A stretch of DNA of 64,000 nucleotides. Origin: an uncultured Acidobacteriota bacterium (GTDB lineage: Bacteria > Acidobacteriota > Thermoanaerobaculia > Multivoradales > UBA5704). The stretch is from NCBI GenBank assembly GCA_963761805.1, contig CAVXIV010000014.1, forward strand, positions 362,692-426,691, read 5' to 3'. The translations under genes were made by a program, and so were the position numbers. Below the pieces are notes generated by a model that saw only the letters and a list, made by a program, of their open reading frames with translations, did not search any database and was not told where the DNA came from. Of this stretch, positions 35,836 to 46,787 are shown piece after piece (within the stretch, counting starts at the first letter, position 1; every line of letters begins with the position of its first letter).

Positions 35836-38496
35836 ATGCCGTCTGAGCCGCACCCGCACCCCCTGATCCGCTCCACACCCCTCACGGGGATCTCCGCGGC
35901 TCTGTTTCGGGCGCTGCTCCCGTACGCCGAGCGCGAAGAGGTGCTCGAAGACCTCGCGGCGGAGCACGCGGACCGCGCGGCGTCCCAGGGACGTCTCCTC
36001 GCCCGCCTCTGGCTCTGGCGTCAGCTCCTCGGCTCCCTGCCCTCGCTCGCGCGCCGTAGCTGGTGGCGCGGGTGGACGGGCTTCGAGCCGCGCGCCAATC
36101 GAATGCAACCCGGAGGAATCATCGTGGAAAGCTGGATCATTGATTTGAGGTATTCCGCGCGCCGGCTCGCCAGCCGTCCGACGTACGTGTTGCTCGCGGT
36201 CCTCACCCTGGCGCTCGGCGCCGGCGGCACGGCCGCCATCTTCAGCGTCGTCCGGGCGCTGTTGCTGGATCCGCTTCCCGTGGCCCGGGAGTCCGCGGTC
36301 GGAGTGCTGTGGAGCACGAGCAGTTGGACCGAAGAGGAGTTCCTGCACTTCCGACCCGACTGGCCCGGCTTCCGGAGCATGGCGGCCTACAGGTCGCTGG
36401 ATGCCACGCTCGAAACGCCCGGCGAGCCGCTGCGCCTGATCCGTGGCATCTCCTCCTCCGCCGAGCTTTTCGACGTGCTCGGCAAGGGAGCGATGCTCGG
36501 GCGGACCTTCCAGAAGGGCGACGACCTTCCCAACGCCGAGCCTGTGGCGGTGCTGAGCCACGATCTCTGGCAGGAGCTTGGCGGCAACGCCTCGATCATC
36601 GGCCGCCAGCTCAACCTGGGCGGCTCGACGCGGACCGTTATAGGCGTGATGCCGCGCGGCTTCTGGTTTCCCAGCCCGGCGGTCCGGATCTGGACCGCGA
36701 CGCCCCTGAGCCCGGAGAGACAGTCCGGGGTCTACACCCTGATCGGGCGAGTCGCCGAAAACGCGCGGATCGACCACATGGAGGGGCCGCTCGGCGCCTT
36801 CACGGCGGCGCTCGGACGGCGGTTCGAGTATCCGCCGCAGTGGGATAAGACCAAGTCCCCGTCGATCACTCCGCTGCGCGAGTTCCTGGTGGGAGATGTG
36901 CGGCCGAGCCTCCTCGCGACACTGGCCGCCATGGTCCTGATCCTGCTCATGGCGTGCGTCAACGTCGCCGCGCTGATGCTCGGCCAGGTAGGTGGCCGCA
37001 GCTCCGAGCTGGCCGTGCGCACCGCCCTGGGGGCCGGGCGCCAGCGGCTGCTCCAACAGATCGTCATCGAGTCGCTGCTGATCGGCGCGCTCGCGGGCGC
37101 CGTGGGCGCCCTGTTCGCGGCGGGGGGGTTCCGGCTACTGGTCCGGTCGCTGCCGCTCGGCGAGCTGGCCGAGAGCGCACGGCTCGACTGGACCCTGTTC
37201 TGGGCCGCCACCCTCGTCGCCCTGCTGGCCGCGGCGGCGGTCGCCGTCATCCCGGGTATCGCGCTCTGGCGGGGCAACCTGCGGGGCTCGATGGCCACCG
37301 TCCGGAGCGGTGGGATCTCGGGCCGCGGCGACCGGCTGGAAGGCGGGCTGGTGATCGCCCAGATCGCGCTCGCCGTGCTGCTCGCGGCCGGGGCGGGACT
37401 GCTGATCCGCAGCGTCGACCAGCTCCGCCGGATTGATCCCGGCCTGCGGCCGGACCAGGTGGCGGTCCTCGACGTCACCATGCCCTCGCTGCTCTCCGGC
37501 GACGACCGGCGACGGGCCGTGCTCGACCTCCTGCCGCGGCTCCAGGTCCTCCCCGGCGTCCGGGCCGCGGCGGCGGTGCAGCGGCTGCCGCTCCGGGGCG
37601 GCGGCGACAACTGGGGCATCGAAATCGAGGGCAAGCCGGCGCGCGAGACCAGCACCACGTTCTTCCGCGTCGTGACGCACGACTACTTCCAGGCCCTCGG
37701 CGTGCCCGTGCGCCGCGGACGCGGGTTCCTGCCCACCGACCGCGAAAACACGGAGCGCGTCGTAGTCATCAACGAGGCACTGGCCGCGAAATACTTCCCG
37801 GGCGAGGACCCGATCGGCCATGTCCTCAATACCGGCTTCGAAGGCGGCGAGCGCATCGTCGGCGTGGTAGGGAACGTGGCGGAAGGGAATCTGACCGACG
37901 AGGCCGCTCCCGCGCGGTACATGCTCTTCGATCAGGTGCCTATGTACTGGCAGCAGGTCGCGTACGTCCTGGCGGGGGCGCGCCCCGAGGACGTGCCGCG
38001 GCTGCTCCAGGACGGCCGCGAAGCCGTGCGGCGGGAGGGACGGAACCTCGCTCTGGAGGGGACGGCCGCCATGGCGTCGGTCTTCGACGAAGCGGTCGGC
38101 GCGCCGGGGCAACTGGCCACCCTGCTCTCGCTGCTCGCGGCCCTCGCCCTGCTGCTGGGCGCGGTGGGCGTCTACGGTATGATTTCGCACTTTGTCTCGC
38201 GCCGGACGCGGGATTACGTGATCCGCATGACCCTGGGCCTGACTCCCGGACGGGTGGTGTCACACGTGATGGGCCGGGGCCTTCTCCTGGTCGGTCTCGG
38301 CAGCGCCATCGGCATCGCGGCGGCGCTGATGCTGACGCGCCTGCTCTCGTCGCTGCTCTACGGCGTGACCGCTACCGATCCCCAGGCGTTGACGGGCGCG
38401 GTGCTCGCCCTGCTGGCGGTGGGAGCGCTGGCCGCCTACATCCCGGCCCAGCGGGCGAGCCGGACCGATCCCGCCCTGGTGCTGAGGCAGCAATAG
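35836..38496 (+). CDS. ADOP-type duplicated MacB/FtsX-like ABC transporter permease
   Basis: 886 aa. An N-terminal cytoplasmic extension is followed by [44 protein letters not shown]. Two MacB-like periplasmic plus FtsX halves. Confidence 0.8.
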   Translation: MPSEPHPHPLIRSTPLTGISAALFRALLPYAEREEVLEDLAAEHADRAASQGRLLARLWLWRQLLGSLPSLARRSWWRGWTGFEPRANRMQPGGIIVESWIIDLRYSARRLASRPTYVLLAVLTLALGAGGTAAIFSVVRALLLDPLPVARESAVGVLWSTSSWTEEEFLHFRPDWPGFRSMAAYRSLDATLETPGEPLRLIRGISSSAELFDVLGKGAMLGRTFQKGDDLPNAEPVAVLSHDLWQELGGNASIIGRQLNLGGSTRTVIGVMPRGFWFPSPAVRIWTATPLSPERQSGVYTLIGRVAENARIDHMEGPLGAFTAALGRRFEYPPQWDKTKSPSITPLREFLVGDVRPSLLATLAAMVLILLMACVNVAALMLGQVGGRSSELAVRTALGAGRQRLLQQIVIESLLIGALAGAVGALFAAGGFRLLVRSLPLGELAESARLDWTLFWAATLVALLAAAAVAVIPGIALWRGNLRGSMATVRSGGISGRGDRLEGGLVIAQIALAVLLAAGAGLLIRSVDQLRRIDPGLRPDQVAVLDVTMPSLLSGDDRRRAVLDLLPRLQVLPGVRAAAAVQRLPLRGGGDNWGIEIEGKPARETSTTFFRVVTHDYFQALGVPVRRGRGFLPTDRENTERVVVINEALAAKYFPGEDPIGHVLNTGFEGGERIVGVVGNVAEGNLTDEAAPARYMLFDQVPMYWQQVAYVLAGARPEDVPRLLQDGREAVRREGRNLALEGTAAMASVFDEAVGAPGQLATLLSLLAALALLLGAVGVYGMISHFVSRRTRDYVIRMTLGLTPGRVVSHVMGRGLLLVGLGSAIGIAAALMLTRLLSSLLYGVTATDPQALTGAVLALLAVGALAAYIPAQRASRTDPALVLRQQ

Positions 38497-38499
38497 CGT

Positions 38500-38847
38500 A
38501 TGAAGACCTCCAAAACCACGGACCTCGCGCCGGTCGGAAGCTTCGAAGAGCAGGTGATGCTTGCCGTCCTCCGCACCGGCCCGGAGGCGTACGGAATGCA
38601 GGTGAGGCGCGAGCTCGAGCAGGTGACCGGCCGCGACGTGACCATCGGGTCGGTCTACATCACCCTGGACCGCCTGGAGGCCAAGGGACTTGTCGCGTCG
38701 GAGCGCACCACCGTCGGCGTGGAGTCATCCTCGCGCCGCGTCTTCTCCGTCACCGCGACCGGCGCCCGAGCGCTGGCTGAAACCAGAGCGCTCCGTGAAC
38801 GGCTGTGGGCTGGCGTGGACCTGGAGGGGTTGCTGCGGAAAGCCTGA
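38500..38847 (+). CDS. PadR family transcriptional regulator
   Basis: 115 aa. Winged-helix region FEEQVMLAVLRTGPEAYGMQVRRELEQVTGRDVTIGSVYITLDRLEAKGLV. Confidence 0.8.
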   Translation: MKTSKTTDLAPVGSFEEQVMLAVLRTGPEAYGMQVRRELEQVTGRDVTIGSVYITLDRLEAKGLVASERTTVGVESSSRRVFSVTATGARALAETRALRERLWAGVDLEGLLRKA

Positions 38848-38866
38848 GCGGTGCGGCGGAAGTGAT

Positions 38867-39133
38867 CTACAGCGACCGGTAGACCTCACGTCGATGCCGA
38901 ATACGGTGCACGGTGACCGTCTCGATCTCCGTCTCCACCTCATAGATCACACGATAGTCACCTACGCGGACCCGGTAGAGCCGTTCGGCATTGGCCAGCT
39001 TGAGGGACTGCGAAGAGAAAGGATTCTCCCCCAGATCCTCTATGGCTTCTAGAATGCGGGCCAGAATCTTCAGGGGAATCCTACGAAAATCTTTTTGTAC
39101 GGCGGGCTTGAGCTGGACCTTAAAGGAGGCCAT
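38867..39133 (-). CDS. RelE/ParE family type II toxin
   Basis: 88 aa with LYRVRVGDYRVIYEVETEIETVTVHRIRHRREVY. Confidence 0.8.
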   Translation of the reverse strand: MASFKVQLKPAVQKDFRRIPLKILARILEAIEDLGENPFSSQSLKLANAERLYRVRVGDYRVIYEVETEIETVTVHRIRHRREVYRSL

Positions 39134-39341
39134 CGTCGTGCAGACGCCGTTTCATCTCTTCCAGGCTGATCGGCTCCTCGCTCCGGCGTTCCGCGACCAC
39201 GGCTAGATCATGAAGATCCTCCATGAGGCGCTTATACTCCGGCAAAGGGATGATGACCGCCTGCCGCTTACCGTCACGATCCACGACGAACTGTTGGTCG
39301 TGGGATTCTGATTGGGCAACTCTTCTCTTCGATGATGCCAT
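39120..39341 (-). CDS. Type II antitoxin (Phd/YefM-like)
   Basis: 73 aa with QAVIIPLPEYKRLMEDLHDLAVVAERR. It overlaps the toxin start by 14 nt. Confidence 0.7.
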   Translation of the reverse strand: MASSKRRVAQSESHDQQFVVDRDGKRQAVIIPLPEYKRLMEDLHDLAVVAERRSEEPISLEEMKRRLHDDGLL

Positions 39342-39375
39342 CTACCGGTCTCCTTAGCTCCAAGTCTACTACGGC

Positions 39376-40701
39376 TCACCCCCGCCGGTTCTTCAGGATC
39401 TTCACGAACGACCGTCCCCGCAGCTCCTCCAGCGTCAGCCCCGACCGCTCCAGCGCCTCCTCTTCCGTGATCGCCCCGCAGTTGACGGCGCGGAGGAAGT
39501 AGTTGAGGAGGCCCTGGCCGGTGGCGGCGTCGTCGAAGACCTCGCCGACGAGGGTCGCCTGGGCGGCCTTCTGCACGAAGTTGCGCAGCCGGTCCGAGGC
39601 GGCATCCAGCCCCTCCAGGAAGAAGGCGTAGAGGGCGGCGTAGCGGGTGACGAGCTGCGCGGGATGGAGGTCCCAGCCCTGGTAGAAGCCGCCGACGAGC
39701 GAGTGGCGGACGTGCTCGGCGTGGAGCTTCCAGGCGCGGTGGACCACCGAGCGGTTCTCGTTCGACTGCGCCGTGGTGATCGGGTTGCGGTGCGGCGGCA
39801 CCGGGAGGACGTTGGTCGCGCCGTCCGAGATCCAGATCCCGGTGCCCGCGTACGCCACCTGCATCATGTGCTTGGCGAAGTCGCAGACCGGATGGGTCAT
39901 GGACTGGTACTCCGCCGTGATGTTGCAGGAGGCGGTGTAGTCGTAGGTGCCGAAGTGGGCGGCCACGCAGCGGCCGCGCGCCGCCTCGGCCAGGGCATCG
40001 CCGCAGCATGCGAAGATCGACTGCGGCGTCTCGATCATGATCTCCAGCCGCAGCGAGCCGGCAGGCAGGCCCAGCGCCGGCTCCAGGAGATCGAACAGGT
40101 CGGCGAGCGCGGCGGACCTGCTCGGGGATCGTCACCTTGGGCAGGGTGACCACGAAGTTCTCGGGCAGGCGGCCTCCGGCTTCCCGGACGAGGGTGGTCA
40201 GGAAGAGGTCGAGCGTGCGCAGGGAGCGCTCCCGCAGCTCCTCGTTGAACGGCTTGATGCGGATGCCGATGAAGTCGGCGGCAGCGTGCCGGCGGCCATG
40301 CCCGTCGCCATCTCGCGGGCCACGGACTCGGCGTGGCCGTCCTCCTCGGCGTCCGGACGGTTGCCGTAGCCGTCCTCGAAGTCGGCCCGGAAGTCCTCGA
40401 CCGGCTCGCGGCGGAGCTTCTCGGCGACGCGGGCGTGGACCGTCGCGGCCAGGTCCTCCCGCAGGCCGGCGGCCGCGGCGAGGTCCGCGGGCGTCGGGGC
40501 GTACTCTTCCAGGGCGCGCAGGGCCAGGGCTCCCAGCCGCGACGCGATGTCGGCTTTGAAGAGGTGCGCGCCGCCGTAGACGGTGTGGACCGGCTGCCGG
40601 CGGTCGGACTCGCCGGGATGGCGCCGCATGAAGGCGAGGTTGGCGCCGCGCAGGCGCTCGAAGGCGTCGCGGACGGACTCCGCGGTCAACGATCCAGGCA
40701 T
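39376..40701 (-). pseudogene. HpcH/HpaI aldolase/citrate-lyase-beta-like (malate-synthase-fold) protein with two compensating frameshifts as assembled
   Basis: Segment 1 (MPGSLTAESVRDAF...MAAGTLPP) and segment 3 (LRLEIMIETPQSIF...KILKNRRG) share one frame. Segment 2 (FIGIRIKPFNEELRERSLRTLDLFLTTLVREAGGRLPENFVVTLPKVTIPEQV), of about 170 nt, is in another frame. Breaks lie near 40275 and 40110. The family call is tentative. Confidence 0.5.
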
Positions 40702-41529
40702 CCCAGCACCATCCGCCGCACCACCCGCTCCAGGGCGAAGCGGCGGTATTCCGCGGTCGAGCGGACGTCGTCGATCGGCCGCACCCCGTCCGCCGCCTCC
40801 CGGCCGGCCCGTTCCGCGGCCTCCGCGATCTGGCCAGGCCCTGGACCGAGCGTCTTCGGCGGCGCGCAGGCGGACCGGCGTCGGAGCGACGCTGCCGGCG
40901 GCGAGGCGCAATTCGGCGATCCTGCCGTCGGCGACGCGGGCCGCCATGGCGACGACCACCTTGCTGATCGCCTGCGCTTCGCGGGTCCCTACCTTGCGGA
41001 AGGCCTGGACCGAGCCCTCCGGCGGCAGCGGCAGGCGGACGCGGGCCACGATCTCGCCCGGCTGAAGAGCGGTCTTGCGGTAGCCGGTGTGGAAATCGGC
41101 GTAAGGAATCTCGCGCGGGCCGCCCGCGCCGGCGGCAATCACTACAGCGTCCAGGGCGAGGAGCACGGGGAGCGAATCGCCCGCCGGGCTGGCGTTGGCG
41201 ATGTTGCCGCCCAGCGTGGCGCGGTTCTGGATCTGCCAGCCGCCGACCTGGCCGGCGGCGTCGGCCAGGGCCGGAAAGGCGGCGCGGATCGCGGGCGAGC
41301 GGCCGATCTCGGTGAAGGTGGTCGTGGCGCCGATCTCGATGCCGCCGTCGATCTCGCGGATGCCGCGCAGCTCGGGGATCGCCAGGAGATCGATCACCTG
41401 GTCCATGCGGTGGAGGGCCTCGGGGCCGCGCACCATCAGGTCGGTGCAGCCGGCGGTGGGAACGAGGGCGGGGTCGTCCGCCAGGAAGCGGACCGCCTCG
41501 TCGAGCGAGCGCGGGCGCAGGGCGATCAA
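40686..41529 (-). pseudogene. Xanthine dehydrogenase family FAD-binding subunit, one frameshift as assembled
   Basis: Motifs AGCTDLMV, IQNRATLGGNIANASPAGD and KVGTREAQAISKV. The C-terminus IDDVRSTAEYRRFALERVVRRMV lies in a different frame, with the break near 40855. The TTG start overlaps the upstream stop. Confidence 0.7.
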
Positions 41530-41994
41530 CCGTCCGTCTCCCGGTGGTCGCTCTCCCGGCAGACGGCCCGCAGGATGCCCTCGTACCCCGTGCAGCGGCA
41601 GAGGTTGCCGGCCAGGGCCTCCCGCGCCTCCTCGCGGCTCGGCTCGGGGTTGCGCTGGAGGAGCGCCCAGGCGGTGACGACGATGCCCGGCGTGCAGGCG
41701 CCGCACTGGACGCCGCCGGTGGCCACGAAGCGGTCCAGGAACTCGCGGGCCGGGCCCTGCGGCGATCTCCTCGACCGTCTCGATCCGCCGGCCCTCGCAC
41801 TGGAAGAGCGGCACCAGGCAGGAGAGGACCGGCTCGCCGTCCATCAGCACCGTGCAGGCGCCGCACTCCCCTTCGCCGCAGCCCTCCTTGGTGCCGGTCA
41901 GCCCGAGCCGCTCGCGCACCACGTCGAGCAGGCGTTCCATGGGATGGCCGTCGATCTCGACCGCGCCGCCGTTGAGAGAGAAGGAAGTCTTCAT
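41526..41994 (-). pseudogene. Xanthine dehydrogenase family [2Fe-2S] small subunit, one frameshift as assembled
   Basis: N-terminal part CGEGECGACTVLMDG...SCL. The second cluster region QCGACTPGIVV...NLCRCTGY is in another frame (ORF 41526..41726). The break lies near 41755. Confidence 0.7.
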
Positions 41995-44178
41995 GAGGTC
42001 CGGCTCCGCATCAGCCGCTCCGGCGTGGCGGGGATCTCGGCGACCGGGATGCCGGTGGCGTTCTCGATCGCCTGCGCGGCCGCGGGAGCGCCGCCGTCCA
42101 TCGGCAGCTCGCCGACCCCCTTGGCGCCGAACGGTCCGCCTTCCCAGGCCCGCTCCAGCAGGTGGACGTCGATCTGCGGGGTGTCCCGGATGGTGGGGAT
42201 GATGTAGGTGGCGAGGCGGTCGTTGAGGTAGCGGCCGTCCTGCAGCTTGACCTCTTCCATCAGCGCCCAGCCGAGCGCCTGGAGGGTGCCGCCCTCGATC
42301 TGCCCCGCGCAGAGGGTCGGGATGGATGGCCTGCCCCACCTCGCAGACGGCGGTGATCCCCGTGGCGCGCACGGCCAGGGTGTCGGGATCGACCTCCACC
42401 TCGACCACGTCGGCGCCCCAGGCGTAGGTGGGATAGGCCGCGCCGTGGTAGGTGGATTCGTCGAAGGCCTGATCCTCCGGCGGCTCGTGGCGGAGGGTGA
42501 CCTCCAGCGGCCCGTTCTTCTCGTACGCAGGCGCCGCGCCGCCTCGCGGAAGCCGATCCGGCCTCCCTGCCGGCGAGCACCCGGTCGCGCAGCTCGGCGA
42601 CGACGCGGGCGATGGTGCCGCCCACGATCATGGTGGTGCGCGAGGCGACCGTGGGGCCGGAGTCGGGCACCTCGCCGGTGTCCGGCTCGGCGAAGACGAG
42701 GTCCTCGGGGCCGACCCCGGCCGCCGCCGCGGCGATCTGGGGGAAGACCGCCACGCAGCCCTGGCCCATGTCGGTCATGGCGGTGAGGACCTCGATGCGG
42801 CCGTCCGGCAGGAGGCGGGCGGTGACCGGCGACTTCATCTTGCGCTCGCCGTTGCCGGTGAAGCCGGCGCCGTGGAAGTAGAGCGAGAGGCCGATGCCGC
42901 GCATGGGCTCGCCGTCCTCGCCTCCGCCGCGCGTTCCTCCTCCAGCGCCTTCCAGCGCTCGCGGAAGCCGGTCCGCCGCTCCGCCTCTTCCAGGCAGAGG
43001 CGGGCCGAGGTGCTGGGGTCGAGGACCTGGCCGGTGGGCAGGCGGTCTCCCGGCTCGACGACGTTGCGGGCGCGGATCTCGAACGGATCGAGCCCCAGCT
43101 CGCGGCCGATGCGGTCCATCTGGCGCTCGATGGCGAACTCCACCTGCGGCGCGCCGAAGCCGCGGAAGGCGCTGTTGGGCGCGGTGTGCGTGCGCAGCAC
43201 CCGGCCGCGGATGCGCGCCGCCGGCCAGCGGTAGGGGCCGAAGGAGTGCAGCAGCGCCCGCGACAGGACCACGGGCGACAGCGTCGAATAGGCGCCGCCG
43301 TCCATCACGATCTCGGCGTCCAGGGCGAGCAGCCGGCCGTCGCGGTCCACGCCGGCGCGGTGGCGGACCACCGCGGGGTGGCGCTTGGTGGTGCCGACGA
43401 TGTCCTCGTGCCGGTCGTAGATCATCTTCACCGGCCGGCCGCAGGCGCGGGCGAGCAGGGCGGCGTGGATGGCGAGGGCGCTCGGGAAGTCCTCCTTGCC
43501 GCCGAAGCCGCCGCCCACCACCGAGGCGCGCACGCGCACCCGGTCGTCCGGCATCTTGAAGGCGTGCACCAGCGCCTTGTGGACGTAGTAGGGGCATTGC
43601 ATCGAGCCGAGGACGGAGAGCGCGCCGTCCTCCTCAAAGCAGGCGATCATGCCCTGGCACTCGATGTAGATGTGCTCCTGGTGGCCGGTGCGGTACTCCC
43701 CTTCGATCACCCGGTCGGCGGCGGCCAGGGCGGCCTCGACGTCGCCGTCCTCGAAGCGGAGCTCGTAGAGCGGCGGCAGGGCCTCGGCCTGCTCCAGCGT
43801 CAGGACGGGGTCGAGCGGCTCGTACTCGACCGTCACGGCCGCGAGCGCCTGCCGGGCCGCGAGGCGCGTGGGAGCCGCGACCAGGGCCACGGGCTCGCCG
43901 ACGTGGAACGTGAAGGCGTCGGCGAGGATCGGCCAGCCGTCGTCGAGGAGCTGGATGCCGTTCGGGCCGGGGAGGTCGGCGGCGGTGACGCAGACCGTCC
44001 CCTCGGGCGCCAGCCCGGGATCGAAGCGGATGGAGCGGATGCGCGCGTGCGGGTGGGGGCTGCGCACGGTGGCGCCGTGCCACATGCCCGGCAGGGAGAC
44101 GTCGTCGACGTAGCGCGCCGCCCCCGAGACCTTGGCGAAACCGTCCGGGCGGGGCGGGCTCTCTCCAATGCCGATCAT
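41991..44178 (-). pseudogene. Xanthine dehydrogenase family molybdopterin-binding large subunit, about four frameshifts as assembled
   Basis: Starts MIGIGESPPRPDGFAKVSGAARYVDD at 44178. Motifs GGGFGGKE and RGFGAPQ. The sequence continues across frames via GIGLSLYFHGAGF.., AYPTYAWGADVVEVEVDPDT.. and TLCAGQIEGGTLQALGWALMEE..GAKGVGE. Breaks lie near 42920, 42565, 42530 and 42310. Confidence 0.7.
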
Positions 44179-45132
44179 GCCTGCGGAGTATAGCGATAGA
44201 GATGGTAGGTCCGCAGAAGGCTCCCCGCGCCGCCGTCCAGATCGCCGGAAGGGTTTCCTTCCTTGAACAGGCAGTGATTGGCGATGCGGAATCCCTTCTC
44301 CACCGCACGGCGGTGCCCCTCGTAGAACAGCGCCGCCGCCACGCCGGACCTGCGGTGTTCGGGGAGGACACCCAGGGTCTTGAAGTCCACGGCGCCTCCC
44401 CGGTCCGGATAGGCGAAGAGGAAGCCGGCCGGTTCTCCGTCCGGCGCGTGGGCGAAAAGGACCAGCTCGGGATCGATCAGCCGCTCCGCGCCGTCGTAGA
44501 GACGGAGGAAATCGTCCTCGGAGATCTCGCTGTAGAGGAAGTTGCGGTCGAAGATCCGCCGCGACAGCTCGTAGATCGTCCGCAGCTCGTCCCGGAACCG
44601 TCCCCGCTCCAGGGAGCGCAGGCGGTACCAGCCGCGAGGCAGCCTTCCGCTTCTCTTCCAGGAAGGCCACCACCGCCGCGGGATCGACCCGCTTCGAGTG
44701 GTAGCGCTCCAGGACGCTCGAAGCCGTTGGCGGTCCACAGCGCCTCGTAATAGGGCGGGTTGTACGGCTCGCCCAGGAACGGCGGCTCGTCGAACGGCCC
44801 CACGTTGAGGCGGTAGCGGTGCCAGGTGTCGCCGTCCATGGGTCCGACCACCGTCTCCCGGTCCAGCCATCCGACGGCTTCCCGGAACAGCTTCGCCACC
44901 GCTTCCGGTGGCCGTCCAACGCCTCGAACAGGCCGAGGATGCCGAGCGAAGAGGCGCGCCACGCCGCGACGCGGGCGACCGGCTCGCTCCCCTCCGAATG
45001 CGCCAGGCCCGCGGGCGCGGCGGGGACCGCCAGGACGTCCTCGCGCCGGGTGGGGATGTAGAACGGGATCGCCTGGTAGACGCGCTCCGGCAGGCGGAGG
45101 AAGGCTTCGAGATCCTCGCGGATCTCGGTCAA
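44175..45132 (-). pseudogene. GNAT-like acyltransferase, three frameshifts as assembled
   Basis: The TTG start overlaps the upstream stop. The intact C-terminal GNAT core reads FKTLGVLPEHRRSGVAAALFYEGHRRAVEKGF. N-terminal pieces are spread over three frames, with breaks near 44905, 44720 and 44645. Confidence 0.55.
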
Positions 45133-46715
45133 GCGAAGGTCCCGACCGGATGGCGCTTGTAGAGCGGCTTGAAGGCCAGCAGCCAGAGGCCGGAGTAGTC
45201 GCGCATCAGGCGGATGCGCAGGAGCTGGACCTGCCGGCACTCGGCCATGTCGCCCGCCATCAGCAGCTCGTTGAGCACGTGCTGGAACCGCCAGACAAAG
45301 GCGTCGGCGGCCCGGCAGGTCAGGCGGGCGCGGGCGAAGACCACCGCGTCGCCGGTGACCGAGGTCTCGTCGAGCAGGCCGGCGATCTCATGGACCTCCT
45401 CGTTGATCCGCACCCGCAGCGCCGCGGCGTCGAGGAGGAACTGCTCCAGCTCGCGGTCCCCCGACTCCTTGCCGAAGACGCGGCGGTAGGCCTCCACCTC
45501 CCGCGGCTCGACGCGCAGGGCGAAGACCTCCGGCCGCAGCACCACCCGTTCGGGGGCGAGATCGGGCGGGTTCACCTCGCGCAGCGTCTCCACCAGACGG
45601 CGGTAGTGCTCCCCCAGCAGCTCCTCGTGGGCCTGGTGGGACGACGCGGCCGCCACCGCCGCCTGATCGAGGCGGAACTCGCCCGTGTCCTTGGCCATGC
45701 GGGTGACGCTGGGACGGTCGAGGGTGGGGGTCCGCACGGCGTTGAGGCGCGGCAGCAGCTCGCGCACCTTCTGGCGGATCTGGGCGATGTCCCCGAGGCG
45801 GAACTCCTCCTTCTGGAGCTGCTTCTCGAAGCGCTCGATCTCCTCGCGGAAGGCGGCCAGCTCCTGGTCGAGCTGGGTGTCGAACGGCACCTCGCGCTCC
45901 AGCTCGAAGACGCGCTGGTACTCGGCGATGATCCTCTGCTCCTCCTGCCGGTAGAGCTTCTGGATGCGCCCCTTGAAGACCAGGTTGGTCTCCTGGATGT
46001 CCCGCAGCAGCTCGGGATGGAAGTACAGGTTGCCCATCCCGTGCTTGAGCTCGCGGTAGTGGCGGATCAGGTTCGCCTCGTTCAGGCTGTCCAGACTGCC
46101 GACCTCGCTCATCTGGAGGCGCACGGCCGCGATCTGGCTCTGGCGCTCCTCGACGGACTGGTCGGACGGCGGGGCCTCGCCGAGCTGCGCCCAGATCCCC
46201 TGGAAGATCTCGGAAAGCCGCTGGTGGTCGCGCAGCACCAGCTCGCCCGTGCGCTCGTCCACCTCCTCGCTCAGGCGGGCGAGCAGGAAGTCCACCTTGT
46301 CCAGCCGGTCCGTGGGCCAGGGGCCGCCGGGATGGGCATAGAGGTAGAACCGCACGAGCTGGCTGAGGATCTTGTCGTCGTAGTTCTTGACCCGGCGGAA
46401 GAACTGGCGGAGCAAGTCGGGAGTGACTTTGGTATCCTCTTCGTCGAGCGCGAGGATGAGCTCCGTCAGCCGGCGGTCGATGGCTTCCAGCCGGTGGCGG
46501 ATCTTCTCGCTTTCCGAAGCGTTCAGGTTCTGCGAGATCTCCTTCAGCCCGTTGTAGAGGTTCTGGAACTCCGTGGAGTGCGGGTCCTCCACGCGCTGAA
46601 GAAGCGTCTTCGCGAGGCTCTGGATGAACTGGTGGAAGGTCCACGCCGCCCGGAAACGGTGGGAGATGTCGGCGTAGCGGCGGTGGAGGACGCTCAGTTC
46701 CTGGACGGTCGTCAT
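45129..46715 (-). CDS. Conserved-looking hypothetical protein (528 aa, helical/coiled-coil), first gene of the XDH-family operon
   Basis: Start chosen at ATG 46715 (MTTVQELSVLHRRYADISHRF). The listed start at 47087 would run antisense through hpt. No motif recognised. Confidence 0.55.
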   Translation of the reverse strand: MTTVQELSVLHRRYADISHRFRAAWTFHQFIQSLAKTLLQRVEDPHSTEFQNLYNGLKEISQNLNASESEKIRHRLEAIDRRLTELILALDEEDTKVTPDLLRQFFRRVKNYDDKILSQLVRFYLYAHPGGPWPTDRLDKVDFLLARLSEEVDERTGELVLRDHQRLSEIFQGIWAQLGEAPPSDQSVEERQSQIAAVRLQMSEVGSLDSLNEANLIRHYRELKHGMGNLYFHPELLRDIQETNLVFKGRIQKLYRQEEQRIIAEYQRVFELEREVPFDTQLDQELAAFREEIERFEKQLQKEEFRLGDIAQIRQKVRELLPRLNAVRTPTLDRPSVTRMAKDTGEFRLDQAAVAAASSHQAHEELLGEHYRRLVETLREVNPPDLAPERVVLRPEVFALRVEPREVEAYRRVFGKESGDRELEQFLLDAAALRVRINEEVHEIAGLLDETSVTGDAVVFARARLTCRAADAFVWRFQHVLNELLMAGDMAECRQVQLLRIRLMRDYSGLWLLAFKPLYKRHPVGTFA

Positions 46716-46787
46716 AGGATCTCGTTCCGTCGGGCCGGATAGATTTCTATCGATATTACGCCAAGCGGTGGGAAAGGGAAACCACGA

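Noticed and set aside
39203-42408. Listed ORFs of 887 aa and 736 aa taken as single proteins
   Set aside because: Each is a mosaic. Short stretches match real XDH-subunit or aldolase-like segments, and the rest is out-of-frame Arg/Pro-rich text. They arise from frameshifts plus the low stop-codon frequency in high-GC sequence.
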